Shown here: in pieces, positions 13,714 to 25,559 of the stretch | Layout: each line of letters begins with the position of its first letter | How positions within the stretch are numbered: the stretch's first letter is position 1 | Notes under the pieces: generated by a model | What the model was told of the DNA's origin: nothing | Seen by the model: the letters and a program-made list of their open reading frames with translations, nothing else | Databases searched by the model: none | Program-made: the position numbers and the translations under genes | Origin: Eledone cirrhosa | Taxonomy: Eukaryota | DNA length: 64,000 nt | Reading direction: 5' to 3' | NCBI GenBank assembly: GCA_964016885.1 | Contig: CAXHJY010001211.1 | Location: 16,640-80,639, forward strand

Positions 13714-14326
13714 TCTGTCAGGTCACCAGTTGGTGCTACTGGTAACATGTATCCCAGTACAACCTGTCCCATGGTCGGGTCGTTGGCGACTAAACTGGCA
13801 ACCCCACCAAGGTTTCTTGGTGAGGAGGGTGACTTTGGACATCCTGCAGGACTAAAAACAAAACCTGTCAAAGGGCAAAGGAGCTCTTAAGAGTCAATGG
13901 CCATCCAAAATCACCGGGAGAGATGACCCCTTAGCCTTTGTCAAGGCATAATTCTAGGAGAAGGAAAACTCTGATATAACACCTGCAACCCTGATGGTAT
14001 CCAATGATGTTGACTTGTTCTTCTTTTTGGTAAATATCATCTTGGTTAAGAGAGTGGGACTGGCTTTGTGCAGTGCCTTTGCTCACTATAAAAGCTTCAC
14101 GGCACAGGCATTGCTTTATATCTGGAGATCTCTCTACACTTGTCGTCACATGGTACCATGGGCCCAGCACTATGTGTCAATAATTGTCACAGGTGTGGAG
14201 TGTTTGTACCAGAGTTTTCAAGTCGCTGGCTGGACTAAAAAGTCACACTCGTTCAGCACATTGGTAGGGGTTCTCCTACATGGATATAAAGTAGTGGCCG
14301 TACTCGAAAACGAGTTGGCAGCCACC
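13714..14326 (+). mobile_element. Interspersed repeat, longer copy (possible RTE-related non-autonomous element)
   Basis: The 5' part (13714-13908) has a diverged inverted homolog at ~18082-18270. The 3' part is duplicated at 3640-4050. Flanked by TA/TATG tracts. Confidence 0.6.
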
Positions 14327-14328
14327 AT

Positions 14329-14362
<34 letters not shown>

Positions 14363-14363
14363 G

Positions 14364-14402
<39 letters not shown>

Positions 14403-14414
14403 GTATGTATATAT

Positions 14415-14448
<34 letters not shown>

Positions 14449-14784
14449 GTATGTATATATATATGTATGTATGTATATATATATATATGTATGTATGTAT
14501 GTATGTATACACGAGTGTGTGTTCTGGTTTTATAATTTTATATATTTTCACCAATAGAGAGCCAGATTCTAATATAGACGGGACTGTTTCATTTGAATTT
14601 AGATCACATCAACTAGGTAAATATATATGTATGGGTATGTGTGCAAGTATAGATATATATGTGTAGATCTACACGTGCATGCTTGTGAATTTACACGTGT
14701 AAATGCATATATTTGTGAAAGCAATATATGCATTCTTTTATTCTAATATTAAAATATAAAATATGTAATAGTTTACTAAAGTAG

Positions 14785-15000
14785 TAAGAAACACTCAAGA
14801 GAGCTGGGCAGCAGTAAGTCTTTAGAGAAGAAACTCTCAGGACAGCTGGACAGCAGAAGGTCTTCAGTGAAGTAACTCTCAGGTGAGTTGGGCTGCAGGA
14901 GGTCTTTACAGAAGAAACTCTCAAGAGAGCTGGACAGCAGGAAGTCTTTAGAGAGGAAACTCTCAGGAAAGCTGGACAGTAGGTCTTCAGAAAAGAAACC
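14785..15000 (+). repeat. 42-bp tandem repeat, ~5 diverged copies
   Basis: Unit ~AAACTCTCAGGACAGCTGGACAGCAGAAGGTCTTCAGAGAAG; AACTCTC recurs at 14832, 14874 and 14916. Confidence 0.85.
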
Positions 15001-15054
15001 CCGCACAAGCCAGTGTTTCAGGGCGGGCGGTGTCATACCCGGTGACTGGTACAC

Positions 15055-15760
15055 GCGTTAATTGCTACAAGGGAAACGGTGACTCTTTAGAAAGGAACAA
15101 CTATAGAGAAATAACACCAATAGACCAAGTGATGAAAGTGGCGGAAAGCTATTTGGGGAAAGTAAAGTTAGAGAAGATAGAGTTTGGTTTTGTGTCTGGG
15201 AGAATTACTACAGATTCCTTCTTATCCAAGAATAAACCGCTATAGTTAGTTTCTGTTGATCTAGAAAAAGCCTTTGACAGACTACTTTGGTCTAAGGAAA
15301 CTAGGAGTAGAAGAGTGACTTGTGAGATCAGTGCAAGCTATGTACAGAGCAGTGAGCATAAGAAATGAGTTTGAGAAATTTAAGGTACAGTTAGGCGTTC
15401 ACCATGTCTGAGCTCACTTCTGTTCATCAGAGTTCTCTGGGCCCTAACAAATGTGTTTAAGGTTAATTTTCTATAGGAACGCCTGTACACTGATAATGTG
15501 GTCGTCATAGATGGAACCATTGAAGAACTAGATATTAAGTTCCGACTGCTAAAACAGGATTTGGAATCAGAGTAAACCTAACCAAAACTAAAGCGTTATT
15601 TAGTAGGAAAGAAGATAGAGCACTGATTCCTTCATAGAAGTGACCCTATTCTATAGGAAGAAAAAAAGCACAAACTCTATGTACACAATATAAATATTGG
15701 GTACACAAGAGATCCAGTGGAGTAACAGGTAGACGAACAGGCAAGGAGGACTTTGTATAT
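15055..15760 (+). mobile_element. Decayed non-LTR retrotransposon RT fragment (RTE-like)
   Basis: Broken RT motifs NYREIT..DQVMKVAE, FGFVSGRITTD, VDLEKAFD and LYTDN, with frameshifts and stops. Confidence 0.75.
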
Positions 15761-16283
15761 AGACGTTCCGGGTTAATATTAGCGACAAGCTGAACGAGGA
15801 GATCAGTAAGTCTCATACACACACAAGACACTACCTCGGTAAATTTATCTGAGAGTTTATTTTACTGTCTCGGTGCTTTGTGCAGGGATTTCTAAACGTT
15901 TCACTATCAAGGACCCTTTATATTTAAGTCAGTTAATTTAAAGAAGGGCGACATCGGTGTTTGACGGAATCGGAGGATCAATAGCTTAATGAGCGATAAT
16001 TTAAGTCAACATTCGATGGTGTGAAACGTTTATACATTCTTCCTCCAGAGTAAACACAATGCTAAGAAAGTGCGACACCATGAATAAAATGACCAGGTGT
16101 ATGTGGGCATAGTGCATAGCCACTACAACGATAAATACAAACAGGTAGGAGACTATATATATCCGTATGTGGTTGACGGCTTCGAGAAAAGAGTACTCAA
16201 TACCGATGTAAGGTTCTTGTCTGATGACCCTGTGATAAATATGTGACACTCCAGAGAAATAAGACTCGCTATTTAGCCTTAAT

Positions 16284-16320
<37 letters not shown>

Positions 16321-16398
16321 ACGAAGGAAGTGGGGGTAAGGAACCAGGTGGACCATAACGCACCAGAGTACTCAATACTTTGGGTAGTAGAGTGGGTA

Positions 16399-16510
16399 AT
16401 AGGAAAAGTTCAGGATCCCGACGGCAGAGCTCAAGCCGTTTCGACGGCTAGTCCAGAAATAGTCATCGAAACGGCTTGAGCTCTGCCGTCGGGTCCTGAA
16501 CTTTTCCTAT
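16399..16510. repeat. Near-perfect fold-back inverted repeat (46/45-bp arms, 21-bp loop)
   Basis: ATAGGAAAAGTTCAGGATCCCGACGGCAGAGCTCAAGCCGTTTCGA versus its reverse complement at 16466-16510, with one indel. Confidence 0.92.
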
Positions 16511-16849
16511 ATATATATATGAAAAGATGGTTAAAATGTTTAGTTTACAACAGTTTCTGAAAAGTGTGATTGTATGGTACATGAAAGCAAGTGACTTGTG
16601 CTATTAAGGTAGCATGACAAATACTTTGTGTGTGTGTAAAGGAAAACTAGCGTTTAATCGGTTCTTCCAAACTAATATACTTGACAGTAATAATGGCAAT
16701 CAAAACATGACCTTGAACTTGACATTATAAATATATATATTGACCTTGAACTTGACATTATAAATATCTATATTAAACACATAGCGTATTCTTTGACTGG
16801 CTTCAGTCATTGGACTGCACCCTTTGTGGCATATAGATACGGTCCTTTT

Positions 16850-17128
16850 CCTTCTGAGTTCAAATCTGAGGTTAGTTATGCCTTTCATATTTACAGAATC
16901 AATAAGATAAAGTACCAGTAACGCACTGGGGTCGATTTAATTTACTTAGCCCTGCCACAAGATTGTTGGCCATGTGACTAAATTAGAAACCATTATTTTA
17001 CATTTATGGTCTGAGTTCAAATCTCGCCGAGGTTAACTTTGCCTTTCATCCTTACGGGGTCGATAAAATAAAGCACCAGTAATACACTGGGATAATTGCT
17101 GGCCTTGTGCCAAAAGTAGAAACAATTA
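16850..17128 (+). mobile_element. Two adjacent partial tRNA-derived SINE copies
   Basis: B-box-like GAGTTCAAATC followed by the conserved body TTTGCCTTTCATCCTTACGGGGTCGATAAAATAAAG(T/C)ACCAGT, which recurs across the window. Confidence 0.75.
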
Positions 17129-17426
17129 TTTTACATACATTTGTATTAATGTAAAAATCGTTATTCGCTAATTTATCAGTACAAGACAAAACCGGTTCAG
17201 TACAAGACAAAACCGGTTCAGTACAAGACAAAGTTCGGTTCAGTAATCATTGATACTGTTTTACATTTTGAGTTCAAATCCCACCAAGGTAGGTTTGTTG
17301 TGTTGTTTCGTTACTTCAGAATTATTAAAATGAATAAAAGTAATATATTCTGTTTATGAATTTGTACAATACCTGCATGGACGGCAAATTGAAAGTCGTT
17401 GGAACGTCGGATAGAATTCTCTACGC

Positions 17427-17637
17427 CAGGCATGTCAAACGGAGGGACCACATGGGTCACATATGTGTTGTCTGAGGGCCACACACCACATCTAATTGCG
17501 CACATTACAACTAATCTTTTAAATATTTCATATTACAAAGATAAAACATGCTCGCGCTGTAAAAACCTTTGTGCGGACCACAGGTGCGTTTGTAAAGGGC
17601 CGCATCCGGCCCGCTGATAGCATGTTTGACATGCCTG
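17427..17637. mobile_element. hAT (Charlie/Buster-type) MITE, 211 bp
   Basis: Perfect 14-bp TIRs CAGGCATGTCAAAC/GTTTGACATGCCTG; 8-bp TSD CTCTACGC/CTATACGC (7/8 match, central TA); subterminal GGGCCGCATCCGGCCCGC. Confidence 0.9.
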
Positions 17638-18081
17638 CTATACGCTATATGTACTGGCAATCTGCCCTCCCTGAGTCCAAATCCCGCCATGGTGATGCCC
17701 CTCGACTCTAACAGGAGTTACGGGGTCCATACATATAATGGCTGCAACTCGATTTCGAGTAATGCCATCGCTTGATACTTAAACATGAGCATCACAAACG
17801 TGGCGTTTTAGTCCAGCTAGGGACTTGCTTATGGCCAGCAATACCATGCATCACAATAAATTTTACATATCAAGAGATGCCTGTGCTTGAAGCTTTTTTA
17901 AGTGAGGAAAGGCTTTGCACGGGGCCAATCCCACTCTCTGAACAGCGAATGTATTTACTTAAAAAGAAGAACTGGTCTGCATCATTGGATACAAATGAAG
18001 TCACGGGTTTTATATCAGTGACCTTCTTGTAGATGTCTTAATAACGTCTAGAAGTGTCTCACTTTGCAAAAAACTACTTTC

Positions 18082-18270
18082 TTGGATGGCCCTTGACTCT
18101 TGAGTTTCTCCGCCCTTTGACAGGTTTGTTTTTCATCCAGCAGGGTGTTCAAAATCACCCTCCTCACCAAGCAAGCTTAGCGGGGTTGCCGGTTTAGTCG
18201 CCGACAATCCTACCATGCACAGGTTGTACTGGGTTTCATGTTACCAATAGCGCTGAAGAGCGACCTGACA
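18082..18270 (-). mobile_element. Diverged inverted fragment of the 13714-13908 repeat family
   Basis: Reverse complement aligns by eye (TGTCAGGTC..., GGCGACTAAAC.GGCAACCCC, CTTGGTGAGGAGGGTGA, CCTGTCAAAGGGC). Confidence 0.75.
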
Positions 18271-19469
18271 TAAATACACAAATACTATCAACATGACGGA
18301 GAATCTTTACAGTATCAGGTTTATTATCCACACACAGCTGCGTACTTATGAAGTTCACTTCGGCATTATGTAGTTTCGGGTTCAATCCCACTGTGCACCA
18401 CTTTGTATTCTCTCACAGCCCTGATACAAATGAAATTTAGGAGAAACCATTCCTTCTTGTGTTGTTGATTTAAATCATTGCCCTCTATGACATAACTTAG
18501 GTACCTTTAGCGGGGTTTATTGCAATCATTTAGGTTATGTCTCTGATCAGGAGATTTACTTACTCCTATTTGTCTCACAGGCCCCTAAAACTCATCGATG
18601 TTGTCCTCCTTACTCTGACACAGTCATTAAAGAATGCTTCTGAGTTCAGTTCTCACCAGAACCGACTTTTACCTTTCATAACTCCAACACGGTTAAATAT
18701 TAATGATGTGTCAGATCACTCCGCTCTGCTCATCTACCTTTACTAAAATTACTCTTCTGCCAAGAGAAATAATTATTTGATATTTTATGTTACATTTTTC
18801 TTCTAAGTTTATTTCTTTGTGCTTAGAACTGTTTGATCTGTGAAAGGGAGAGAGTGAGTGTTTGTATTCTGAAATACTATTATTTGATAATAGGCCTCTT
18901 TTCTGGCGACAATAGTATTTGATTATTTTAGCTTGCTCATTTCCTGAAGATCACATGACTTCTGCCCTCCATGTTTAATGAGCAACCCCCACCTTCCGGG
19001 ATTGACCAACTTTTCTTTCTGTTTCACTTTCCCCCTTTTTTTTTTCGTATTTCAACGGAAACATCCGACGTAGTCTGCAATTAAACCCTCAGTTGTTCGC
19101 TCTGTTATTTGGCAATTAAAACACAATCTGAGGCGAGATGATTAATAATGGACTCTAATAGAAAAATTATCCTCTGTGTATAAAAGTAGCAATTAACTCA
19201 TTCTACTCTAAAATATTTCATTTCGTTGTAATTGGTCAGATTTTAATATATTTCAATAGCATTTTCAATGAGATATTATTATTCTTCGATCTTTTTCCGT
19301 GTTAACGATCGTTACATAATACAACAACACACAACATCCCCCACACACCCACACAACATGGGAGTGTCATATTGAGCGCTGTATTATGTTTGTTGATATC
19401 CAATAATTTTAACCATTTTTTTATAAATATTTTTTTGTAGTTCATTTTTTACTAGGTTTATTAGTCACA

Positions 19470-19510
19470 TTCTCTCCCCTTTTCTCTCTCTCTCTTTTCT
19501 CTCTCTCTCT

Positions 19511-19549
<39 letters not shown>

Positions 19550-19582
19550 TTTTTCTCTCTCTCTCTTTCTCTCTCTCTCTCA
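19470..19582. repeat. (CT)n microsatellite
   Basis: Direct inspection. Confidence 0.95.
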
Positions 19583-19654
19583 TGATTTCCCTTCTTTTCC
19601 TCGTCAGTTCTTTCTCACTATTTTCTCTGTTTTACCCACTCTCTATTTCAGTCT

Positions 19655-19950
19655 CAATAGTTACCATTCATAGATTGATGTCCTTCCATAACTTTTCTAT
19701 TTACGTCTATAGTTACCACTCATACATTGAGGTCCTTCCATACCTTTTCTATTTATGTCTATAGTTACCACTCATACATTGATGTCCTTCCATACCTTGT
19801 CTATTAATATCATAGATTGATGTCCTTCCATACCTATTCTATTTATGTCTATAGTTACTTTTCATAGATTGATGTCCTTCCATAACTTTTCTATTAATGT
19901 CTATAGTTACCACTCATACATTGATGTCCTTCCGTACCTTGTCTATTAAA
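19655..19950 (+). repeat. ~52-bp imperfect tandem repeat, ~6 copies
   Basis: Recurrent CATA(G/C)ATTGATGTCCTTCCATA...TCTAT...GTCTATAGTTACCACT. Confidence 0.8.
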
Positions 19951-20545
19951 TTAGTCTATATAGTCTCTATACGGTACTGCTCTGATATAGTTGTTTCAGA
20001 AATAGTTTGTTTTGTCATATCTACTTGGTTAACTCTGTCATTCGTGAATTTTGTAAAAAGGTTTGGAAACTAGGAAATTTGTCGAAGTCCTTCAGAGTTA
20101 CTCTACCTAGTCATTTGACTTTCTAGAAATAGCATCTAAATCTCCATGAAATCACACTAGCAGAAAAACCGCCCTTCGGGTGGTTTTCTGCTAGCATGTG
20201 TAGTGTGTATATTGATATTATACGCAAGTATATATACATGTAGATATGATACATCAAATAACATCGTAATTGACAATATACACAGAAATTGAACGAAGAC
20301 TGCGTTACACTGTCTTATGTAATCAGTAACGTAATCCATGATACATTAAAAAAAGACGATATTATATATAAACTGAATTAGGAGAAAATTAGTTACGGAA
20401 ATATATGAATTAATATATTAAGCAATCGCTAACCGGAAGTGTTGACATTTGAACATTTAAAAGAAGTGAATCTTAAAATAAGCAACTAAATTATTTATAT
20501 TTAATCAAGAATAACGAAATTTAGTAGATAAATTATGTAATACTT

Positions 20546-20974
20546 GACCTGAAAAATGCGCAAGCTCAAAAGAGCCACAGAATGTTAAAATAAACCTTCA
20601 AAAGTGTGGGACTAGAGTTGTTGCTCAAAAATATTGTAATCATTATCTATCGTACACTCTGTGGCATCCTTTTATAAAAAAAGAAACTCATAACGAACTC
20701 AAGACGACTCGATAATTATTTAAGCTAATGTTCAATATCTCATATTAGATGTTTAGTAAAGATTAATACGAAATGCACTTAAACCAAATTCTATATTATA
20801 AATTCACTTAAATAATTATCGTGTCGTCTTGAGTTTCTTTTTTTATAAAAGGATGCCATAGAGTGTACGATAGATAATTATTACAATATTTTTGAGCAAC
20901 AACTCTAGTCCCACACTTTTGAAAGTTTATTATAACATTCTGTGGCTCTTTTGTGCTTGCGCATTTTTCAGGTC
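20546..20974. repeat. Long inverted repeat / fold-back (arms 20546-20724 and 20807-20974), possible MITE
   Basis: GACCTGAAAAATGCGCAAGC...GATAATTATTTAAG is mirrored by CTTAAATAATTATC...GCTTGCGCATTTTTCAGGTC. The left arm has an 11-bp insertion. Confidence 0.88.
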
Positions 20975-22194
20975 TAGTTTAATATCTTTTTAAGGCAACG
21001 CTTGTAATAACTCTAGTTAAACATGATATATATTAATAATAAATTGTTGTAATGTAATTAGATTATATAATTATTTTATAAATGATCTTATAAATATTAT
21101 TGTAAGATGTATAAAACTATTTTCAGACTTTTAATATAAACAACTACAAAAAACAATCAATATTAAATAAATATATTTTTTATAATAATTGTTATAGTTG
21201 AATTAATAAAAATTAAATATTACATACAAATAGTCTAACATAATAATAATAAAATAATCTAACATAAAACGAACAATAATATGGACAAATATACAAGTAA
21301 ATATGATAAACCAATATTATAAGCATGTTATAACGAACTGAAAAAAAAATAGTTAATATAAATTTTAAAAAATCATAACTTACCAAAACTAGAAAAATAT
21401 TTTGATGATAAACGACGAAATACAGGAGGAAGATTCGAAAGCGAAACGATAAATAAACGTGAAAACAAAGTGACGGATGCTTTTGAGCAACAATTACTCT
21501 CATTGGTTGATTAGCCAATAAGACGATGAAATTAGCCAATAAGACGATACATTACAAAACATGTTTGGGAGGGATCACCATGGCCAGCGACACCCCTTGA
21601 ATATTTTATTCACAAGCTACGCATATATGTCAGAACACGCAGACTTAAAACATTCTGTTGTTAGTCACTGCGTGTCTAACAGATTCATTCATTTTTTATT
21701 CAAAGTAATCCAACTTATTTTACAAACGAGATAAAGAAATATATTCTGGATGCCATCCCGCACTCCTTACTTTATTATAGTTTAGATTGCAGTATCTTAC
21801 TAGAAACTGGACACACTCCGTAATGAATATTATTGTTCTGCCAATGTTCATTTTGTAACAAATGATACTATACATTAAGAAAAAACTATTGTAAAACCTG
21901 ACAACAGATTCAAACGACCTTTGGGCTATTTTTGTCCAAAACTTTCTAGAATTCCTTTCCTTCACTTGTGTTTCCCGCAGTCGTTAACTTGCAACCTTTT
22001 AAGATCTCATCAGTCTTGGAGGGACAGAGAACACCCTGGACGCAACTTCTTCAGATTAAACCAATAAAAAATAAAACATTTTTAGAAAATGAAAAACTTA
22101 CACATCTCACAATAAATTCATATTCTGTCGTAGGTTAACTGAAAACTGCTTTTACCGAATGGCATCTAATTACAATAAAAAAAAATCGTGCGAA

Positions 22195-22570
22195 TACAAT
22201 CAGCCGAAATTGGGTTCCTCTGAAGGGTCTTTGGAGTAATGCTACTCAATAGAGTGTGTAGCTCAGAGATGAGAGAGTCACTCCAGATAGAGCTGTTACT
22301 TCTCAGAATTGAGAGATCACAGCTCCGATACTATGGACATGTGGTTAGAATGTCTTTTGAATGAGTCGCTGGACACATTTTACGGGGAAAATCAACTGGC
22401 AGGAGACCCAGGGGTAGACCCCGAGCAAGATGGTTGGATAAAATCCATGATCGCAGCTGGATCAGTTGAAGACGGTTGCGTCAGATAGGATCCGATGGAG
22501 GGAGTGTTTGAGGACTCTGTCTCCATGACCCTTCCAAAATTAAGTGGGCAACAAAGAAGAAAACTTGAAT
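22195..22570 (+). mobile_element. 3' end fragment of an RTE-like LINE
   Basis: Encodes AEIGFL*RV... and GRPRARWLD; homologous to the reverse complement of ~47200-47520. Confidence 0.75.
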
Positions 22571-22587
22571 TATCAAGCATTATTACT

Positions 22588-22770
22588 GATGGCAGTATCG
22601 GTAGAGGGTCGGACGCCATGCTTTCCAGCATAGTTACGTCCCTTTACGATCTGAGTTCAAATCCCGCCGAGGTTGACTTTGCCTTTCATCCTTACGGGGT
22701 CGATAAAATAAAGTACCAGTAATGCACTGGGTAATTGCTGGCCTTGTGACTGAAATAGAAACAATTATTA
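22588..22770 (+). mobile_element. tRNA-derived SINE
   Basis: A-box-like TGGCAGTATCGGTAGAG, B-box GAGTTCAAATCCCGCC, conserved body and (ATT)n tail. Confidence 0.82.
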
Positions 22771-23039
22771 TTGAGAACTGGGCAAGACGAAGTCTTCGGT
22801 GATGTCAATATGAACAATAGTCTATAAGTTAGTTGTTGTATAGTTGTGACTAAATAAGAGTTGGGCAGTTAAATACATTGACCATGGTGGGAGTAAGAAG
22901 AGGTATCTGAGTATTCGGCTTTTGAAAGCTTCTCTTCTGGAAACATTCTTTCGAGTGTTTATAACTGAGTATAAGATTCTATTGAATGTGTGAATTTTGT
23001 AATCAGAGGTGATGAAAGTTCTTCACCACTTTACACATC

Positions 23040-24160
23040 GTCTCTGTTACTACATACTGGTGAGAGCAGTAGATTGACAGAGTCGATAGAGCATCTGCTC
23101 TGTTACTACATACCAGTGAGAGCAGTGGATTGGCAGAGTCGATAGAGCATCTGCTCTGTTACTACATACCAGTGAGGGCAGTGGATTGGCAGAGTCGAGA
23201 GAGCATCTGCTCTGTTACTACATACCAGTGAGGGCAGTGGATTGGCAGAGTCGAGAGAGCGTCTTCTCTGTTACTACATACCAGTGAGAGCAGTGGATTG
23301 GCAGAGTCGATAGAGCGTCTGCTCTGTTACTACATACCAGTGAGGGCAGTGGATTGGCAGAGTCGATAGAGCGTCTGCTCTGTTACTACATACCAGTGAG
23401 AGCAGTGGATTGGCAGAGTCGATAGAGCATCTGCTCTGTTACTACATACCAGTGAGAGCAGTGGATTGGCAGAGTCGATAGAGCGTCTGCTCTGTTACTA
23501 CATACCAGTGAGGGCAGTGGATTGGCAGAGTCGATAGAGCGTCTGCTCTGTTACTACATACCAGTGAGGGCAGTGGATTGGCAGAGTTGATAGAGCATCT
23601 GCTCTGTTACTACATACCAGTGAGAGCAGTGGATTGGCAGAGTCGAGAGAGCGTCTTCTCTGTTACTACATACCAGTGAGGGCAGTGGATTGGCAGAGTC
23701 GATAGAGCGTCTGCTCTGTTACTACATACCAGTGAGGGCAGTGGATTGGCAGAGTCGATAGAGCGTCTGCTCTGTTACTACATACCAGTGAGGGCAGTGG
23801 ATTGGCAGAGTTGATAGAGCATCTGCTCTGTTACTACATACCAGTGAGAGCAGTGGATTGGCAGAGTCGAGAGAGCGTCTTCTCTGTTACTACATACCAG
23901 TGAGGGCAGTGGATTGGCAGAGTCGATAGAGCGTCTGCTCTGTTACTACATACCAGTGAGAGCAGTGGATTGGCAGAGTCGATTGAGCATCTGCTCTGTT
24001 ACTACATACCAGTGAGGGCAGTGGATTGGCAGAGTCGAGAGAGCGTCTGCTCTGTTACTACATACCAGTGAGAGCAGTGGGTTGGCAGAGTCGATAGAGC
24101 GTCTGCTCTGTTACTACATACCAGTGAGAGCAGTGGGTTGGCAGAGTCGATAGAGCGTCT
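23040..24160 (+). repeat. 56-bp minisatellite, ~20 copies, containing a SINE 5' head
   Basis: Unit CTGCTCTGTTACTACATACCAGTGAGAGCAGTGGATTGGCAGAGTCGATAGAGCGT. Confidence 0.95.
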
Positions 24161-24470
24161 AATCAATACTTTCTGGGTTCAAATTCTGCCGGGGTCAACT
24201 TCACATTTCAGCCTTTCGAGATCAATAAAGTACAGGTTAAGTCCTGCAGTCAATATTATAAACTATACCCCACAATGGTGGTGGGTTGGCAGTATCGGTA
24301 GAGCGTCGGACTATGTGCTTTGTGGCATAGAGTTACGGTCCTTTACATGCTGAGTTCAAATCCTGCAGAGATTACTTTTGTCTTTCATCCTTACGGGGTC
24401 GATAAAAAATAAAGCACCAGTGATACCCCTCCCCCCAAATTGTTGGCCTTGTCCCTAAATCAGCAACCAA
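24128..24470 (+). mobile_element. Two adjacent SINE copies (~24128-24250 degenerate; ~24277-24470 near full length)
   Basis: A-box and B-box-like motifs plus the conserved CTTTCATCCTTACGGGGTCGATAAA body. Confidence 0.78.
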
Positions 24471-25164
24471 AATCATAAACTTCCCCCTTTCCACGTTACT
24501 GGTCTTGTGCCTAAATTTGAAACACATACCACATACCAGTTCCCTCAGACACAGAATATGATGTTTAATTCCGACCAGCCATGATCAAGCAAAGCTACAA
24601 TCACATTTATTCCAGTGGTAAACATCATATTTGCAGACATAATGTATCCAGGACTACATTATCCAATATCCTATTAGTTTTTCAAGGCGAAAGGGTGTAG
24701 TTTGAGGGATATTTTGCAGTTATTTCTAGCTGCTTGGGCTACCACATAGAAGGTTCCTCCTTGGTTTATATACAGATGAATATTGGCAGGTAGGTGACAT
24801 TTTCCAAGGTGAGTAAAACTGAATTTATTTGTATGAGGAAAGTATTAAATTAAAACGAGTTGTTCCATGTCATTTGTTTATCCCCGTGGAGTTAATAAAA
24901 GAGGTTAACTTTAAATAAAGAATTTAAAACAGGAGATATTGAACAGTAAAACGTTTGAAATATTCCAAGATATTGTCTGAGGTGGTTTGAGTGTGTATCA
25001 AAACATAACAGACAGGTGGGATCCCCTCTTATTAAAACAGGTTAATTGAAAGGTGTAAATAAAGTGGAGGGGATTAAGATTAGAATCGACCCCATATCAA
25101 GATTAGAATCGACCCCATATCAAGGACTCGGCACTAATTAGGGTTTATTTTCTCCAGCCGCAAC

Positions 25165-25450
25165 TTGGTGCAGTCTGCGACTAACCCAGGTTCTGCTGCA
25201 CGTCGGGTTGAGGAGACCAAACTTCTCAAAAATTGGTCGCTCTCCGACAGGTTTGTGGTCGTGCCCTTGACAGTAGATTCTTCTGGTCTTCTCGGCCCTA
25301 GGGCTACCTCCCTACTCACCACCATAGGCACTAAGCTGACGAGCCGCAGGTGTGAGCTCCGCGAGTTGGAATGGCTTTTCCAGCGCGTCTCCCTTGCCAT
25401 CCTCCGGGGAAACACCTTCTCCATCCTGTCCGCCTGGAAACACCTTCTCC
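25165..25450 (+). mobile_element. C-terminal fragment of a CRE-like non-LTR element (restriction-like endonuclease region)
   Basis: FVVVPLTVDSSGLLGPRA...EWLFQRVSLAILRGN resembles the CRE C-terminal signature; similar to 49900-50125. Confidence 0.75.
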
Positions 25451-25559
25451 ATCCTGTCCGTCGGCGCTGTAGGGAGGGCATCAATATGATTGACTGACTT
25501 GTCATTTTATCAGTCAGATGTTTTTAGACTGATTTTCTGTTATTAAATTCTTTGACATT

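Noticed and set aside
14785-15000. 14-aa repeat protein from the 42-bp tandem repeat
   Set aside because: The plus frame has internal stops, the minus-strand ORFs have no motif, and there is no splice support.
22588-22680. tRNA genes suggested by A/B-box motifs
   Set aside because: No cloverleaf, and the motifs continue into a shared SINE body, so these are tRNA-derived SINE heads.
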